Shown: positions 26,918-39,590 of the stretch, piece by piece
How positions within the stretch are numbered: the stretch's first letter is position 1
Layout: every line of letters starts with the position of its first letter
DNA from: Octopus sinensis
Taxonomy: Eukaryota
Direction: 5' to 3'
Length of the DNA: 64,000 bases
Assembly (NCBI RefSeq): GCF_006345805.1
Contig: NC_042999.1
Location: 54,746,001 to 54,810,000 of the forward strand
Notes under the pieces: generated by a model
What the model saw: only the letters and a program-made list of their open reading frames with translations
Told to the model about the DNA's origin: nothing
Database searches by the model: none
Program-made: the position numbers and the translations under genes

Positions 26918-27334
26918 ACAGAGACAAACATACTCATATAAACACACATTCGCGCATAAAGTTCTTGAAAACGGTTTGTACAAATCTTATGGTAAAATGT
27001 CTGTTCGAAATGAAAGGAAAGGTGAGTTCTTGGGTTTCAGAAAGGGAGGAACTTTCTTCAAAGAGTCGCCCTATTTAAACCGTCTGAATTCACTTCTCAT
27101 AACACAATCTTATCTTATCTTCGCCATTTGTATCAGAAAACCTTGAAACAATTTTCTTCCATTGTTTCTCAGCTACTTTCAGTGGAGAGTGAGCGCTATC
27201 TCTGGCAGTTTAGAATATAACGGGCGGGCGTACATGCATACGTACGTACGTACATACACACACACACACACATACATACACACATACATACATACATACA
27301 TACATACATACGTGTTTGTCTGTGTGCTTGTGTG

Positions 27335-27630
27335 TGTGAAGACGCGTGGCCTAGTGTTTAAGGTGCTGCCTTTATGATGTGGCAATCGCTAGTTCGATTC
27401 CCAGACCGGGCGGCTCGTTGTGTTCTTGAGCAAAACCCTTCATTTCCCGTTGCTCCAGTCCACTCAGCTGTAAATAGGCCACCCTCCAACGGAATAATAG
27501 CCTTCCGATCAGGGGGAATGTTGCCCTGCTCACTTAGCCAGTGGTTTGGCATCATTCAATAGCTAAAGGGACGCGAAGTGCATTGTAACCAGCGATGTCT
27601 ACAAACTTCCGATAGCCTGGTCGATTACGT
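27335..27630 (+). mobile_element. SINE family D (tRNA head plus CORE-like domain)
   Basis: tggcctagtg A box, gttcgattccc B box, gttgtgttcttgagcaaaac...gttgctccagtccactcagctg shared with 55927 and 46091. Confidence 0.75.
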
Positions 27631-27769
27631 GACATATAAAATAGCGCAAAACAAATTTTATAAACAAATTTGGCTCTACTTTCAGTATTGGGTCTTCTTC
27701 GAATAAATGTTCTGTTAGTAAATTATTTATTGGGTGTTATGTGCATCTGTGTTGGTATATATTCTTCTA

Positions 27770-28138
27770 TCCTTTTATGTGTTTCAGTTATTTAACTGCG
27801 GCCATGCTATAGCACCGCTTTTAGTCGAACAACTTGACCCAGGTCTTATTTTTTCTATGCCTAATACTTATTCTATCGGTCTCTTTAGCCGAACAGCTAC
27901 GTTACGGGGACGTAAACACACCAACATCGGTTGTCAAGCAATGGTGGAGGGGTACAAATACAGACACAAATACATGCATATGTGTGTGTGTGTGTGTGTA
28001 TCTGACAGGCTTCTTTCAGTTTCCGTCTACTAAATCTCACAAGGCTTTGGTCGGGCCGAGGCTATAGTAGAAGACACTTGCCCATGGTGCCACGCAGTGG
28101 TTTATAAGCAAGCTACTTATCACACAGCCACGCCTGCG
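27770..28138 (-). mobile_element. SINE family A
   Basis: Matches the family in reverse orientation. Confidence 0.85.
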
Positions 28139-28477
28139 CTTATGTATATGTGTGTTTAGGTCACTGTATGTGTTGGTGTGTGTGACGATTCGGGTGCGTT
28201 AGGTGAACATATCTAATCGGAACCAGTCCGTCCGCCAAAGCTGACAATTCCTAATGCGCCAGCGGCGTGGAACTGACTCTCACAAGGACATTCATCTGAG
28301 GAAGTCTAAATATGTTATCATTCCTCATTAACCTTCTGTCAGTTGCTTTTTCCTACTGTTTATATTATTTAATTCTCCTGGTTTCTCGTGAATCTTATTT
28401 TTTCTTGACTCTCTTTTATTTGTCAAATGGGAAATTTTCCGTATGTTTATAAAAACTAGGAAATTTCACTTTATACA

Positions 28478-29370
28478 TTAATTACCGTTTGGGTCCATTG
28501 GACCCTCGAATTAAATTCAGACAATACTCTTGACATTCATAACAGAATAAAAGCAGTATCAAATATTATTTTCCGAGATATTTATCAGATATAAAATAGA
28601 TAAAATTGTATTCAATTTATTTGCTGAATTTTAGATAAAACAGGAAAAATTATGAAAATATTCCTGTAAATTTGTGTGGTATTGCATCACCTTCAATCTG
28701 CTAGGTTATAGGTTGATGCAATATTTCTATGTGATGACGCGATTCTTACAATATATTGCATCATCTTTCAGGAGTGTACAAATATGTGACAGAGCAATAT
28801 CTGCCTTTAGTCTGCTATCAAGTTTCATGTACTTCAGTTGTGTTTTCCAATATGCCTACACAATGAAATCTTGAGTGAAGACCAAATATCGCAAAGATTA
28901 TTGGAATTAGATGAAGAATGCAAAGAAGATAGTAGTGATTCCTTTTATTGCTCTGAAGATGACGGTGAAAATGATTGTGTGCTTTACAGCTTAAGCTCTG
29001 TATCATCAGATGATGAAGATACTCAAAAACAATTATCTGCAAGCCACCCAATTATGAATGAGCAATATGTTTCTAGAGACAGACAAGAAGTTTGGCATTT
29101 TAATCCTCTTACTCAAGCAACAGTAAGAACTTGATCTTGCAATATTGTGCGCCAAGAATGTGGACCATCCCGTTTTACTAAGAGGTCTTGCGGTACCATT
29201 GAAACATCTTTTACTATCTTTATGCGCCAGAATCTTCTTGAAGCAATTTGTAAATGGACAAACGTTGAAGGTCAGATTGTTTACAATGACAAATGGGAGG
29301 AAATTGATCACTCTGAACTAAAGAAATTTATTGGGCTGATTATTTTTATAAGTGTTTATAAATCTAAACA
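28478..29370 (+). pseudogene. piggyBac-like transposon 5' part with transposase N-terminus
   Basis: TTAA-containing start with gggtccattggaccc; acidic N-terminus, YVSRDRQEVW, then NIVRQECGPSRF...ICKWTN...ELKKFIGLII. Truncated by repeat F. Confidence 0.8.
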
Positions 29371-29541
29371 TGTGCTTGTGCCACGTAAAAAGCACTTTGC
29401 AGAATGGTTGGTGTTAGGAAGGACATCCAGCCCTAAAATCCCTGCCAAAACAGACACAGTCGCCTAGGGTAGTTTTTCTACCTGGCTGGCTCCTGTCAAC
29501 CGTCCTACCCATGCATAGAAGATGGACGTTAAACGATGATG
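29371..29541 (+). repeat. Repeat family F (SINE-tail-like, ends in GAT repeats)
   Basis: gtgccacgtaaaaagcac...ggacgttaaacgatgatg; related pieces at about 31250-31430 (reverse) and 40855-40908. Confidence 0.6.
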
Positions 29542-29547
29542 CTTGAT

Positions 29548-29750
29548 GGCAGAAACGTTAGCACGTCGGGCGAAATGCTTAGCGTATTTCGTCTGTCTTT
29601 ACGTTCTGAGTTCAAATTCCGCCGAGGTCGACTTTGCCTTTCATGCTTTCGGGGTCGATAAATTAAGTACCAGTTGTGTACTAGGGTCGATCTAATCGAC
29701 TGGCCCTCTCCCCCAAAAAACATTTCGGGCCTTTGCCTAGAGTAGAAAAA
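29548..29750 (+). mobile_element. SINE family B
   Basis: ggcagaaacgttagcacg...gactttgcctttcatgctttcggggtcgataaattaagtacc. Confidence 0.88.
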
Positions 29751-30294
29751 AATTATCGTTGTTGTTGTTGTATTAAAAATTTGTTGAAATATTTTGCGTA
29801 AGGTAGAAATAGAGCCAATTTATTGCACTTGAATTTTAGCAGCAAAATCTTCCATGGACCCTGATTGGGAATCACTGGTTTAAGGGGCTGATTAAGGTGT
29901 GTGATTGAACGGATCCAAAGACAAAGAGTCGCCAGTCTCACCTAACGTCCTCTCATTGTTTCTAAGCAGCAGCAGTAGCAGTAGTAGTAGTAGTAGTAAT
30001 AGTAGTAGTATTGACAGCAACAATTCATACTATTGTTGTAACGATTTTGGTTTGATGTCATTATCTACAATAACCTTTCAGAAAAGAAGCTTGCTTTTAT
30101 CTTATCACCGCCTCTGGTTTCTATTTATTTCAACCGCAATCTATAAACCACACCTCTCCTTCACAGATTACTCTTTCAGATAGCGTGAAACACCTGTGCT
30201 TGAGTTGTATTGTCTCCTCGCAGATGGCTCCTGGGATTACTTTATATTTTTGGCCTTTGTCATATTTCAATAGAAGACAGTTATCTTATATCTT

Positions 30295-30652
30295 TCGTTT
30301 CTTTCAGTCATTGGTCTACGGCCATACTGGGGCACCGCCTTATCGGGTTTTAGGTGAACAAATAATTACCCCAATAATTACTTTTTTTAAAATCTGGTAA
30401 TATTCTATCGTTCCTTTGGGCAAACCGTTAAGTAACGGGGACGTAAACAAACCAACATCGGTGGCCAAGTGGTAGTATGAACAAACGTGCGCGCGCACAC
30501 ACATGATGGGCTTCCACAGTTTCTGTCTATCAAAATCACTCAGAAGGCATTGGTCGGTCCAGGGCTGTTTTAGAAGGTGCCATACGGTGGGACTGAACCG
30601 GAAACCACGCGGTTGCAAAACAAGCTTCTGAACCACTCAGCCATGACTGCAC
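30295..30652 (-). mobile_element. SINE family A, old degenerate copy
   Basis: gtaacggggacgtaaacaaaccaacatcgg and head remnants. Confidence 0.75.
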
Positions 30653-31551
30653 CTAATTAAATAATAATGAATTAATTGATTATTAATTTCGTTTATCGAG
30701 GCACGAATAAAGATGTAGAGTCGTTGTTGTTAAGCCCCAGGTCAGTCCTTATCCAGCAGACTATGATCAAAGATGCCCCAACCATTGACCATTCCAACTG
30801 TGCATCCAGAATGTAGGCATAATGTATCTAGGACTACATTGTCCTATGTGCTTTGATATTTGAAGGAGGTTTGCCTGCAGCTTATAGCAGATCGAGGGAT
30901 CTGTCAGGGGCCCTATTGTCGATAGAATACAAAGTGGGAGTCAGTGTTTTGGGAGTGACTTTTTGTTGAGTAGATTTTTTAAATGAAGGTACTTCTTGAG
31001 ATGTAGGTCGGATGGGATTGAAATGTGGGCCAAGGTTTTTGGGTGAATAATGATAGAGAGATGTTCAGTCCCTGATCAGTTCTGAAGAAAATTTTTGATT
31101 AAAGACAATCTGTGGCTGTGGAATCTTTTTCCATGTACAGCGTTACTCGGAAAACCAACAAAAGCATCGTTTTAGAGGCTCGTTTTTCTTTTGTTTTGTT
31201 TTTCTTTCAGTTCCTCTATGAATCATATGAAATACATTGAGGTAGATTCTTTTCCACAATTGGATGCCTTTCCTATCGCTTACCCTCACCTCTTTCCAAG
31301 CAAGATAATCCGCCCCCTCCCCCCGCTATGGCCTGATATCTTTTCTATGGAAGAACAGAAACGAATAACATCGCTTGTACGACAGTGACATCCCTTAACA
31401 ACCGTTACTCAGTGTCAAGATAAAGAGTCACAATCCTCCACACACACATACACATACACACATCAAAAGTGGTGTGTTTACTCCAGGGATCGGCAAAGTG
31501 GTCAATACTAACCCCAATACTGACCCCTGGTGGGTTATCCGAAGGATTTGA

Positions 31552-31967
31552 GGATCTTTTCGATTTGACCGACAGTTTTTAAAATTAATTTCCACGTAAC
31601 TAAACACTTTTAAACTTCGTATACTGGTAGAATGTGTTTATAAAACATCTTTTTCTCTTGGCTTTATTGAGAAAATTCTATAGTTTGTAAGATATTTGTT
31701 GGTGTTTTTCTTCAATTTCTGCAATTTCAACCAATCAATGACGTGTATTGGGGTGAAAACATTCTGTGCCGTATGAATATGTCCCTCGTTTAAGAAACAG
31801 ATTGGGTTTATTTACATTTCTGAAGAAAAAAAACACCCTTCTCTCCACCCCTAACCCTAACCCTAAAACAGATTGAAATGCAATAGATCGATACTAGGGT
31901 CATATTTATCGGTGACAATTTCATATGACACCGCTAGAAAAAACTGCCGTTCAAACTGAAAAGATCC
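31552..31967. mobile_element. MITE with GG termini and 8 bp TSD (Merlin-like)
   Basis: TIR ggatcttttcgatttgaccgacagtttt / aaaactgccgttcaaactgaaaagatcc; TSD ggatttga at 31544-31551 and 31968-31975; internal (CCCTAA)3. Confidence 0.85.
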
Positions 31968-32260
31968 GGATTTGATAAACACTTTAAAGGATTTTGAATA
32001 TTAAGGAAGCTGAACCATTAGGAAACTGAATCCAGAAGAGCATGGGTAATTTGAGGCCAAAATTCATTAATTTCCTGCCAGATATAGATGCAATTGTCGT
32101 TAGGGTTGTTCTGCGGAGGTGACTGGTTCAGTTAATGAATGAAAATGTGTTTCTTGAGCTGCACGAAGAAGTAACTGAACAATACTCGTGAACATTTAAC
32201 AGATTTTGTTATTGTACGAACTGCGTTGGTCTTTTATAAATAACAACGGCAATAATTGGT

Positions 32261-32677
32261 CATTTGGGTGAACAGAATGGAGTACGTGAAGCAGGAGCAC
32301 ACACGAAAACGAAAAGTGTCGCTAAAGAGGTCACAGATGTGTGACGAAAGATTTCTGGACAATGGACATGAGTAGAATAAGAACAGTAATAAACGAATGC
32401 ATTTGGAAGAGCAGAATGAAGTAACTGGAGCAAGGACACACAAGAAAACGAAAAGTGTCGCTGAAGAGGCCACAGATGTGTGACGAAAGATTTCTGGACA
32501 ATGGACATGAGTAGAATAAGAATAGTAATAAACGAGTGCATTTGGAAGAGCAGAATGAAGTAACTGGAGCAAGGACACACAAGAAAACGAAAAGTGTCGC
32601 TGAAGAGGCCACGGATGTGTGACGAAAGATTTCTGGACAATGGACATGAGTAGAATAAGAGCAGTAATAAACGAGTG
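32261..32677 (+). repeat. 3 x 139 bp tandem repeat, one hammerhead-like motif per unit
   Basis: Cores start at 32322, 32461 and 32600 (period 139). Unit motif: tgtcg-CT(G/A)AAGA-g-GYCACR gatg TGTGAC-GAAA-GATT-TC-tggaca. Confidence 0.85.
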
Positions 32678-34046
32678 AATAATAAATATACAGTGCGTGT
32701 TTGTTTGGCAAAAAAAAAAAGAAAGAAAAAAATGACCATCCTGTGATACAACAATATCTGTTTCAACACACGATTTCACATCAGGAATCTTGCAGGATCT
32801 TGCAACACAATTTGATAAACGTAATGGCAATAATTTACATATTGGAAAAGGAGACAAACGTTCCACTTTCGAAGAAGTTACTTCCGAGATATAAGTAACT
32901 CTCTCTCTCTCTCTCTCTCTGTGCGTGTGTGCGCGCGCGCGTGCAAATGTCTATGCGCAGGCTAAGTATTCTAAGAAACTGCAAGCACCTTGCTTTTGTC
33001 ATGGATAGCTTGTTTGATAAGGTATTATACGAAAAGCGATGTTAATTGTTAATCTCAATCTATTAATGAGTGACTGTTTTTCCTCTTTGAAATAATCCAT
33101 TAAAAACGTCGGTATTTGTTGTAGTCCTTGTGATCTACTTTACAAAGTCGCTCTCTCATATAAGGAGGCTTTTATATCCAGCCAATAAAAATGCCTGTTG
33201 CGGGAGAAGCAAATAAACTTTAAAACATGTCTCTAATTCTTCAGAAGTACTTCACATTTCGCTCTCATCCACTTTCTCGCTTAGATTATAGTAACGTAGC
33301 TTTTTTATTGCCTCTTGATTCTCTTATCAGAATGAAATGTGGCGAAGTCTAATTACTCTGTCACAAGTGATTAGCAATATCACCCAGTGACAGAAAAAAA
33401 CAAAAGATGATGATGATGATAATAATAACCACTCACGACAAATTGGAGGCAATCAAAATTCCTACAATTTTCTGAGAACGATGTGTGTTGATAAATCCGT
33501 CGATGATCTTTCTGCGGCGACATTCGACGATGTTTCTGTTGCGCTTCAAATAATTGTTTTATCGCCGACAATGGTGGCGACTAATGAATGACGAATGTCA
33601 ACAACGTTACAATTCTCTCTCTTCCTTCTCTCTTTTTCTCTATCTATCTCCCTCTTCTTCTTCTTCGTCCTCCTCAATGAAATTCCAAGTCAGACAGCAC
33701 TAACATTTTTCTTTCCACCACCACCACTACCAACAACTAGAACGGCAATAATTGCCATTTTAACAGAGAGTAATTCACTTCAAGAGAGAGATGAATGAAG
33801 AAAGGAGCCCCTACCTTTACCTCTGTATGGTCTATTTTATAAGAAGTGAGTGTGTGACATGCGTGACACGAGTGAAAGGAAAGGTCGTCTGGTCAGTGGT
33901 TATGAGAAAAAAATTTTATGCAGAACGAAAACGAGATGCAGGGTTCGAATTGCTCCAGTGATCCTTAGGGACAAGATTCAACCAATGTTTATCTATCTAT
34001 CTATCTATCTATCTATCACACTTCACGCACACACACGTCCAATACC

Positions 34047-34218
34047 TATTTCTTTATTACCCACAAGGGGATAAACATAGAGGGGACAAACATGGACAGA
34101 CATAGGTATTAAGTCGATTATATCGACCCCAGTGCGTAACTGGTACTTAATTTATCGACCCCGAAAGGATGAAAGGCAAAGTCGACCTCGGCGGAATTTG
34201 AACTCTCAACGTAACGGC
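34047..34218 (-). mobile_element. SINE family B, 5' truncated
   Basis: Family core and tail in reverse. Confidence 0.88.
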
Positions 34219-35244
34219 ACTGTCTTCTGTACGTTCCTCAGTCGTCCTCCTATGTCACATTTTATTATATCACATATATACATATACTCTCAGGTAGATA
34301 TAGACTCGACATACCTCGTGTCCCCGATGCGTCAACACCCCTCCTCGCCCCCCTCCCCATGCCAACTAATAAGCCAGTCCTTCCTCTGAACCCCATCCTC
34401 CTTGCTCATGTATTTTCCTGTAGGTGTTGACTTACAACATTTTAACTGGAATATTGATGCCATCAACCTCGCCAGATTGGAGGAGTCCGTACGAATCACG
34501 GGCACTGTCGCTTCTACAGAGTCAGCAAGTAATAAACCCAAAATAAGAGGAACTGATTATTTTAGCTGGAAACCACAACGGAGAATTAGTTACACTCACT
34601 GTAAAAAACATACAAATATGCATCTGTCTCTAGAGTTTACAATTAGATGCATGAGTGCTACTGGCAAGTTGAGAGCTGCGCGTGGAGTATTTGATTGATG
34701 TAATATAATGCAACGAAGAGTTCCCCGGATTAGACGTTAGCATCCACTGCAGAGGATGCAAATAACTACAATGATGAAACGTACGTTGGGACAATAGACG
34801 TAAACTTGTTAATCATAATAGTGTGTGTGTGTGTGTGTGTTGTACTTTTACAAGAGTGATGGCAGTGACTTTGAATCTTCGTCTTGCCAGCCTTCATCAG
34901 TCGATATTTAGACTTCGCTGTCATCATTCTTATTGTAAAAGTGTAATAAAGATGTACTCTACAAAAAGTATTGAGTAATTATTTAGTCCCATGTAAAATT
35001 ATTTTATTATAACTACACACACACACACACACAGAAAGGTAAACTGATATTTTGATGAAAAACCAAGATGGTGAGGATTAAAAGGCGAATAGTGATTTAC
35101 TGATTGCGTTCATTTGGGATGCGTCCATTCTGGAGCACATTCCTTTACTGTTGAATTTCGATCAGTTCTGATCGAACAGACCTGTGATCAAAGATGTTCC
35201 AACCATAACCAATCTGGCATTTTTAAATGTATCATGTTTAGATA

Positions 35245-35608
35245 GGCGCAACAGTGACTGTGTGGTAAGTAGCTTGCTTACCAACCACTTGATTCTGGGT
35301 TCAGTCCCACTGTGTGGCACCTTGGACAAGTGTCTTCTACTATAGCCTCGGGCCGACTAAAGCCTTGAGAGTGGATTTGCTAGACGGAAACTGGAAGAAA
35401 CCCGTCGTATATGTATATATATGTATATGTGTGTATATATTTGTGTCTGTTTGTCCCCCCATCCCCACCCCAACATCGCTTGACAACCGGCAAAAGAGAC
35501 CGATAGAATAAGTACTAAGCTTACAAAGAATAAGTCCTGGGGTCGATTTGTTCGACTAAAGGCGGTGCTCCAGCATGGCCGCAGCCAAATGACTGAACAA
35601 GTAAAAGG
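35245..35608 (+). mobile_element. SINE family A nested in a family E copy
   Basis: Family E halves lie at about 35150-35240 and 35620-35700. Confidence 0.88.
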
Positions 35609-36535
35609 GTAGATAGTCAAATATTTCTTTCTTTATTTAAGACTGTAGAATGTAACTTGAAGGAGATTTGACTATTATTTCTTGCAAGTTAACAATAGTG
35701 TAAAGGCTCAGTCAGTCGATGAAAAAGGCCATAGTAATTTCTCTAGTATTTATTTTATTCAGGTCATAATGAAAGGAGTCAAAGTCTAGCTAGGAATAAA
35801 GGGACATTGTCAAATACCACAAATTATATTTGTTTTGTCCCCCGATTCATCTTTCACCAAGAGACGCACACACACACACGCACATCCAACGAGTATAATG
35901 TCCGTCTACCCAATTTCATAAAACTTTGATAACCGAAGGCTATAGCTGGACACATGCACAAGCTACTACCTGAAGGGATCGAACTTATTCGCCACACGTC
36001 TATGAGTACAACCCAAATCTATAAACCATTTAGTGCGCTAATCTCTTCCTATCCATACACGTGTCTAGCATAGTTTTAAACATGTTTAGAAATCCTAATA
36101 ATAAAACAGATAAATGTGACAACTAAACAAGAAACTCGAACAGGGACATACATAAATTGTTGAGATTACCTTTGGGCGAACATAAAACAGCAAAAGCCAT
36201 GTTTTTTTGGCTTTTTAACTCCATATAAATCAGTCTGAACACAGACTAACAATAACCTCAGGTCAGAGCTAGCTTGGTACTTAACTGTGATTGCTGTAGT
36301 TTTAAGTGGGGGAAAGGGCTGCAAGAGATAATTAATCTACTCCAGAATAGTACTCTAGGCTTTCTAATAAATATCTTTTTACTAATTAATCTCTACAACT
36401 ATCAGTAAGTCAAGAGACTGAACGTTTGTTTTATTTTTTATATTTATTTATTTGTTTTGTTCAAAACTCTGTCCTGACTATTTGTTCTACTTTTCAATGG
36501 GGCTATCTATGCTCTTTCTTTTTCTCTCCCCACCA

Positions 36536-36579
<44 letters not shown>

Positions 36580-37157
36580 GCCCTATCTATGTTCTATATA
36601 TGAAGGTAACTATCTTCCTCACCCCACCATCACCATTGCATGTCTCCAATTATATATTTTTTCTATTATTTCGGATTTCAGAGTTGTCTCCCTTGTCCAT
36701 TTTGATGAGAATTAGTCATTAAAATTACTGATTTTTCTGTTTGTTGGAAGGTTAATTAAAAAAATTTTTTGCAACATAATGTTAACCTCTACTTAATTAC
36801 ACACACTCTGTCTCCTTTTCAATTCTTAAACTTTAGTACACCTGATTCATTCCCTCCCTTTGTTGTCTCCTTTTTTTTTTTGTCCATTGCTCTCCACGAA
36901 AGTATTGTTACAATGACCTGGAACTTTACCTAACTTTCTAAGCATTAAACACCGACAAAACGCTGGATCTTCCCTTTGCTGGATTTGAACTCAGCTCTTC
37001 AATTACTTAATGTCTCCACCACTTACCTATTGTACCTATTCCAATGTTAAACGAAGTTCCTTACTCAAAGACACAACACACCGCCCTGTCAAAGAATCGA
37101 ACATTACGACCATGAGCCTAGTAACCCTAACTACTAGGTCAAAAACATTTGCAAATG

Positions 37158-37515
37158 CACACATGGTTCCGGGTTCGGTCCCACTGCATGGCACCTTGGG
37201 CAAGTGTCTTCTACTATAGCCTCGGGCCGACCAAAGCCTTGTGAGTGGATTTGGTAGACTGAAACTGAAAGAACCCCGTCGTATGTATGTGTGTGTATAT
37301 ATATATGTGTGTCTGTCTGTCTGTGTTTCCCCTCCTCCAACATCGCTTGACATCCGATGCTGGTGTGTGTACGTCCCCGTAACTTAGCGGTTCGGCAAAA
37401 AGAGTGCGATAGAATAAGTACTAGGCTTACAAAGAATAAGTCCTGGAGCCGATTTGCTCGACTAAAAGATTGTGCTCCAGTATGGCCGCAGTCAAATCAC
37501 TGAAATGAAAGAAAA
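37158..37515 (+). mobile_element. SINE family A lacking the extreme 5' end
   Basis: cacatggttccgggttc through ggccgcagtcaaat. Confidence 0.88.
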
Positions 37516-38874
37516 CAAAGGATTTCAAAAGTGAACGATTAAAATTTTTCTGTTGCCATAGGTGTCTCATCTGCATTGCGCGGTTAAAAGTGTTCTCAAG
37601 AAAAAAGCATCCAACGTTCTCCACTGCATCAACCATTCTACGTTATGGGTTGTTGGGTGGGGAGGGTCCACCTCGGGGGCATGATCTTCGTCCTAATTTG
37701 ATAGATGAGAGCAGCAGTTTGGAAACAGAATACACTCAGTCTCGACAGTGAGTGGCATGGAGAGAAATCTGTTCTTTAAAGACTGATATTTAATTTCTCG
37801 ACATCTGCACCCGGATTGCCATTGGAGAATGTGTCAGAAATGACTCGGTAGATGAGCGATTTGATCCCCACCCACGAATGTAAACATTGTTGGTTGGACT
37901 GGATGTCTGCTGTTGTTGTGTTCGAGATTGGTTGTGATGAAAAATCGGCAGCATTGAGGACCCTTTTAACAACGTTATATAGCACGGTCTGACGAAGGAG
38001 AAACACTGTGACGATTGAATCCGAACCCGTCGACAGTAGCTCTACAGCAGTGTTTATGAAACTTGCCCACGTGGATAGAGAGAGAGGTGCAGAGCAAATC
38101 TGATGAGTGCCGACGAAGAGGGCACCGCATGCTTATATTATAGAAGAGAAATACAAGAAGGATTAAACAGAACGAGAGAGAAAGAGAGGGGGGGAGAATA
38201 ATTAATGGCTGTTGTGTGTTAAAAGTTAAACATCATTGACAGAAATCGAGCTTTAGAAAACATCTAAATTGTTCGTGACATGTGAAGAGGTCACGTCACA
38301 CTAGCTTTTTGACTGTAGTAGAATGTGTGTGTGTTGGAAGGGGGGACTTATTAAAAACAACCTGTATTATATACCGACTGCTACTGTTTGTGATGGTGAG
38401 GTGGTGGTGGTGGTCGTCATCGTCGTAATAGTGGAATTAGCAACAGCTATGCGACGACGACGACGGCAGCAGCTGTGGTTATGGTGATAATGGCCATTGT
38501 TGTTACTATAGTAATGGTGGTGGTGGTGGTAGTAGTAGTAGGAGTAGGGCAGCGGCGGCGGTGGTGGTAGTGCGATATTAATGCAATAAGATTTCACGTG
38601 ACAGGTGGCTACTTTATAATATTTCTGTATAATTCCTTTCATCTTTTACCAACAAAAACCCGAGAAAGAGAAAACTAGGAAGGTGTGATGAAGTATTGTT
38701 GCAAATCAACGAATTAGCAAAGCGAGAAATATGCGATTAGTCTTTGATCGAGCGTTTAGGAAATTTGAATTCACCAGAAAAATAGAGCTATATATATATA
38801 TATATATATATATTTGTATTGGATACACACACAAACACGGACACACATACCGACACTGATATAATCTTTTATTT

Positions 38875-39590
38875 TTTTACTTAACCGCAGTCCAATGACT
38901 GGAACATGCTGAGACTCCACCTCGGAAGCCTTTTGTCGAATAAATCGATCCTCCTGTATTAATTTTTAGTCTGGTACATATGAAGTCGCTTTCTTTTCTC
39001 CGAACTGCTGCGTTAAGGAGTTGCAAACAAACCTACATCGGTTGTCAAGCAGTGCTGGGACACATACACACACACACACACACACACACTGAAAGACTTC
39101 CTTTTGTACCCGCCTAAAATTTAAAAGAAAAAACATTACACAAGGTGGAAAATAATAATAATGATGAGAAAATCATAAAAATTAAGAATCTCTATTAAAA
39201 AAAAAAAGACTTCATTTTTGTATTATGTATAGTCATGTCCCAATTTTCCTGAGGTTAAGGCCTGAATTGCCTGACTATGAAATTTTCCTAACCTTGGGTC
39301 ATGAATATACATAGTATAGAAATGAAGTCTTTTTAATAGAAATTCTCATCATTATTATTATGCGACATGGTAGGAAATCAATTTTCCACCATGTGTAATT
39401 TTTTTTAAAAATTTTATTGTGAAGTTCAAAAGGAAGTCTTTTCAACACACACATACAATAATCACCACAGTTTTCGTATTCACGGACAATACATCGGTAG
39501 AAGACACTTCCCCTAAGTGTCACACAGTAGGACTGAACCTGACACTACGTAGGTGCAAAACGAGATTCCTAACCACACAGCCATGCCTGC
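38875..39590 (-). mobile_element. Degenerate SINE family A interrupted by a MITE
   Basis: catcggttgtcaagc before 39060; gtagaagacactt...aaccacacagccatgcctgcgc after 39495. Confidence 0.7.
39090..39444. mobile_element. Fold-back MITE, same termini as the 16854 element
   Basis: gaaagacttccttttgtac / gttcaaaaggaagtcttttc, with imperfect inverted arms of about 150 bp; sits in a (CA)n tract. Confidence 0.8.

Noticed and set aside
32234-32866. 210 aa and 169 aa minus-strand ORFs, or a CRISPR-like reading of the array
   Set aside because: The frames cycle through a 139 bp repeat; the units have no unique spacers and there are no cas genes.
34423-34528. Candidate exon with a ttttcctgtag acceptor and an open frame
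   Set aside because: Weak donor and no recognisable peptide; the opposite strand loosely resembles LINE RT. Needs RNA-seq.
37985-38135. Two CTGANGA motifs followed by hairpins
   Set aside because: GAAA is altered or missing and stem I does not pair in register.
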